This document shows positions 63,001 to 64,000 of a DNA stretch of 64,000 bases, in pieces. Position 1 is the stretch's first letter. Each line of letters opens with the position of its first letter. A model generated the notes under the pieces. The model did not search any database. It was given only the letters and a program-made list of their open reading frames with translations, and was not told the origin of the DNA. The translations under genes were made by a program, and so were the position numbers. Source of the DNA: Eledone cirrhosa (lineage: Eukaryota); NCBI GenBank assembly GCA_964016885.1, contig OZ024743.1:367908001-367972000 (forward strand), in the 5' to 3' direction.

Positions 63001-63406
63001 CTCGCCTGGCCACTTGATAGCCCTACAGTATGCGCAGGCATTATCCATTCTGCCAATGGAGACCTTAGGGTTGCTGTCATAATCCCTAGTGAGGTTGTAG
63101 CTGAAAGGCAGCCTTGAGTCAGACAATGTTCCTAGCAACACTGGCTGCTGCTCGTGCAATCCTATCAAATCTCTGTCTTAAAATTCTGGAGGGTGAGTGT
63201 TCACCTTTTCTTGTGTGTCAGTGTGACTCTCTATCCACAGTAAGGCAAAAGTCTCTCTCTGTGGCCGTCCCAGCTTGCCTCACTTTTTCATGGGCTGCTC
63301 TGTCTGCAGCTAGGCAAACTTCTCTCTCTGCGGACGTCTGCATTTGCCTTGCTCTTTTGAGGGCTGCTCTATTTGCATTCAGGTGAGCATCTCTCTCTGC
63401 CGCCAT
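60043..63406 (-). pseudogene. Helitron Rep/PIF1-like helicase, fragmented
   Basis: C..C.A.KW..E....CC..G; HRSYD.LQYP; ILPSSFTGSP.YM..QDAM; DLFITFTCNPKW; IEWQK; PGGTGKTF; ASSGIA; IIWDE; LQFPV..FAMTINKAQGQS; LYVGCSRV. Confidence 0.93.
60078..60263 (+). mobile_element. tRNA-derived SINE inserted in the Helitron helicase C-terminus
   Basis: Closely similar to 46822-47015; ATTAT is duplicated at the flanks. Confidence 0.85.
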
Positions 63407-64000
63407 CTCCTGGTGAATGAAAAAAGATAGGTAAGTTTACTTGTGAGTTTCCACCCTGATAAAATGTGCACATTTTGGACGTGCTTATGGGGGCAATAAA
63501 TGATGAGAGATCAGGGAAATGTGGGACATGGGGTGGTAGACAGAGAGTGGGTGACATGGAATGCTTGATGGTGTATGGGTACCATAAGAAATAGTTGACG
63601 TGCTTTATTAGAATACCTGTGAACGCCTTTACCACATTTTTCGTGCGCGTACAGTTTGAGAGTTCAACCTTGCTCATTTTGGTAGTGGCATCGTGTTCTT
63701 ATATTTCATAGCTATAAGGTTAGGAGGAGAAGGCGCACCATTAGATATGCCTTTAAGTAGGGTGGAGAGAATCCAAGAGGTCTCTGGAGCAGTGTCTGTA
63801 GAAGGGGATTCATCAAATCTCAACCATTACCCAGCTGTTAATGGGGTAGAGGGAATCACATAAAAAAGGTGGAGGCACAAGGGAATTCCTCAGGCGACTA
63901 ATCTTCTCATTGGCCTGAGTCATTAGTAAATGCCTACGTTTTTGTTACCGAGAACAACCCAAATGAAGTGTCACCTAAAAAACGGCCACAAACAATTAAC

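Larger units (their letters stand above)
58371..63406 (-). mobile_element. Helitron of autonomous type, decayed; 5' end not located
   Basis: 3' hairpin TACCCGGGAATCACCGGGTA then GCTCAGCTAG|T at 58371; Rep/Helicase remnants upstream. Confidence 0.75.

Noticed and set aside
63420-64000. Possible Helitron 5' region or separate TE fragment
   Set aside because: No recognisable terminus or protein motif; left unannotated.

Overview
AT-rich eukaryotic (animal) DNA with no confidently identifiable host gene. The SINE families, RTE tails with (GAT)n, and very long TA/TATG microsatellites suggest a cephalopod (Octopus-like) genome, but this is an inference. The window is a mosaic of mostly decayed transposons: RTE- and CR1-clade LINEs, an R4/Dong-like RLE element, a Ty3/Gypsy element, several Penelope-like elements (PLEs), autonomous-type and non-autonomous Helitrons, mariner, pogo and piggyBac remnants, tRNA-derived SINEs and RTE-derived short elements. 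The most notable structure is a near-perfect 286-bp palindrome (42012-42297) carrying a PLE-type hammerhead-ribozyme motif on both strands, next to a PLE with about 1.3-kb inverted arms. Also notable are further degenerate hammerhead-like motifs, antiparallel nested Helitrons, a recurring modular RTE-derived non-autonomous family, a microsatellite that acts as a landing site for several retroelement classes, and small-scale inversion or template-switch signatures. Boundaries of degenerate elements are approximate and were set by eye.
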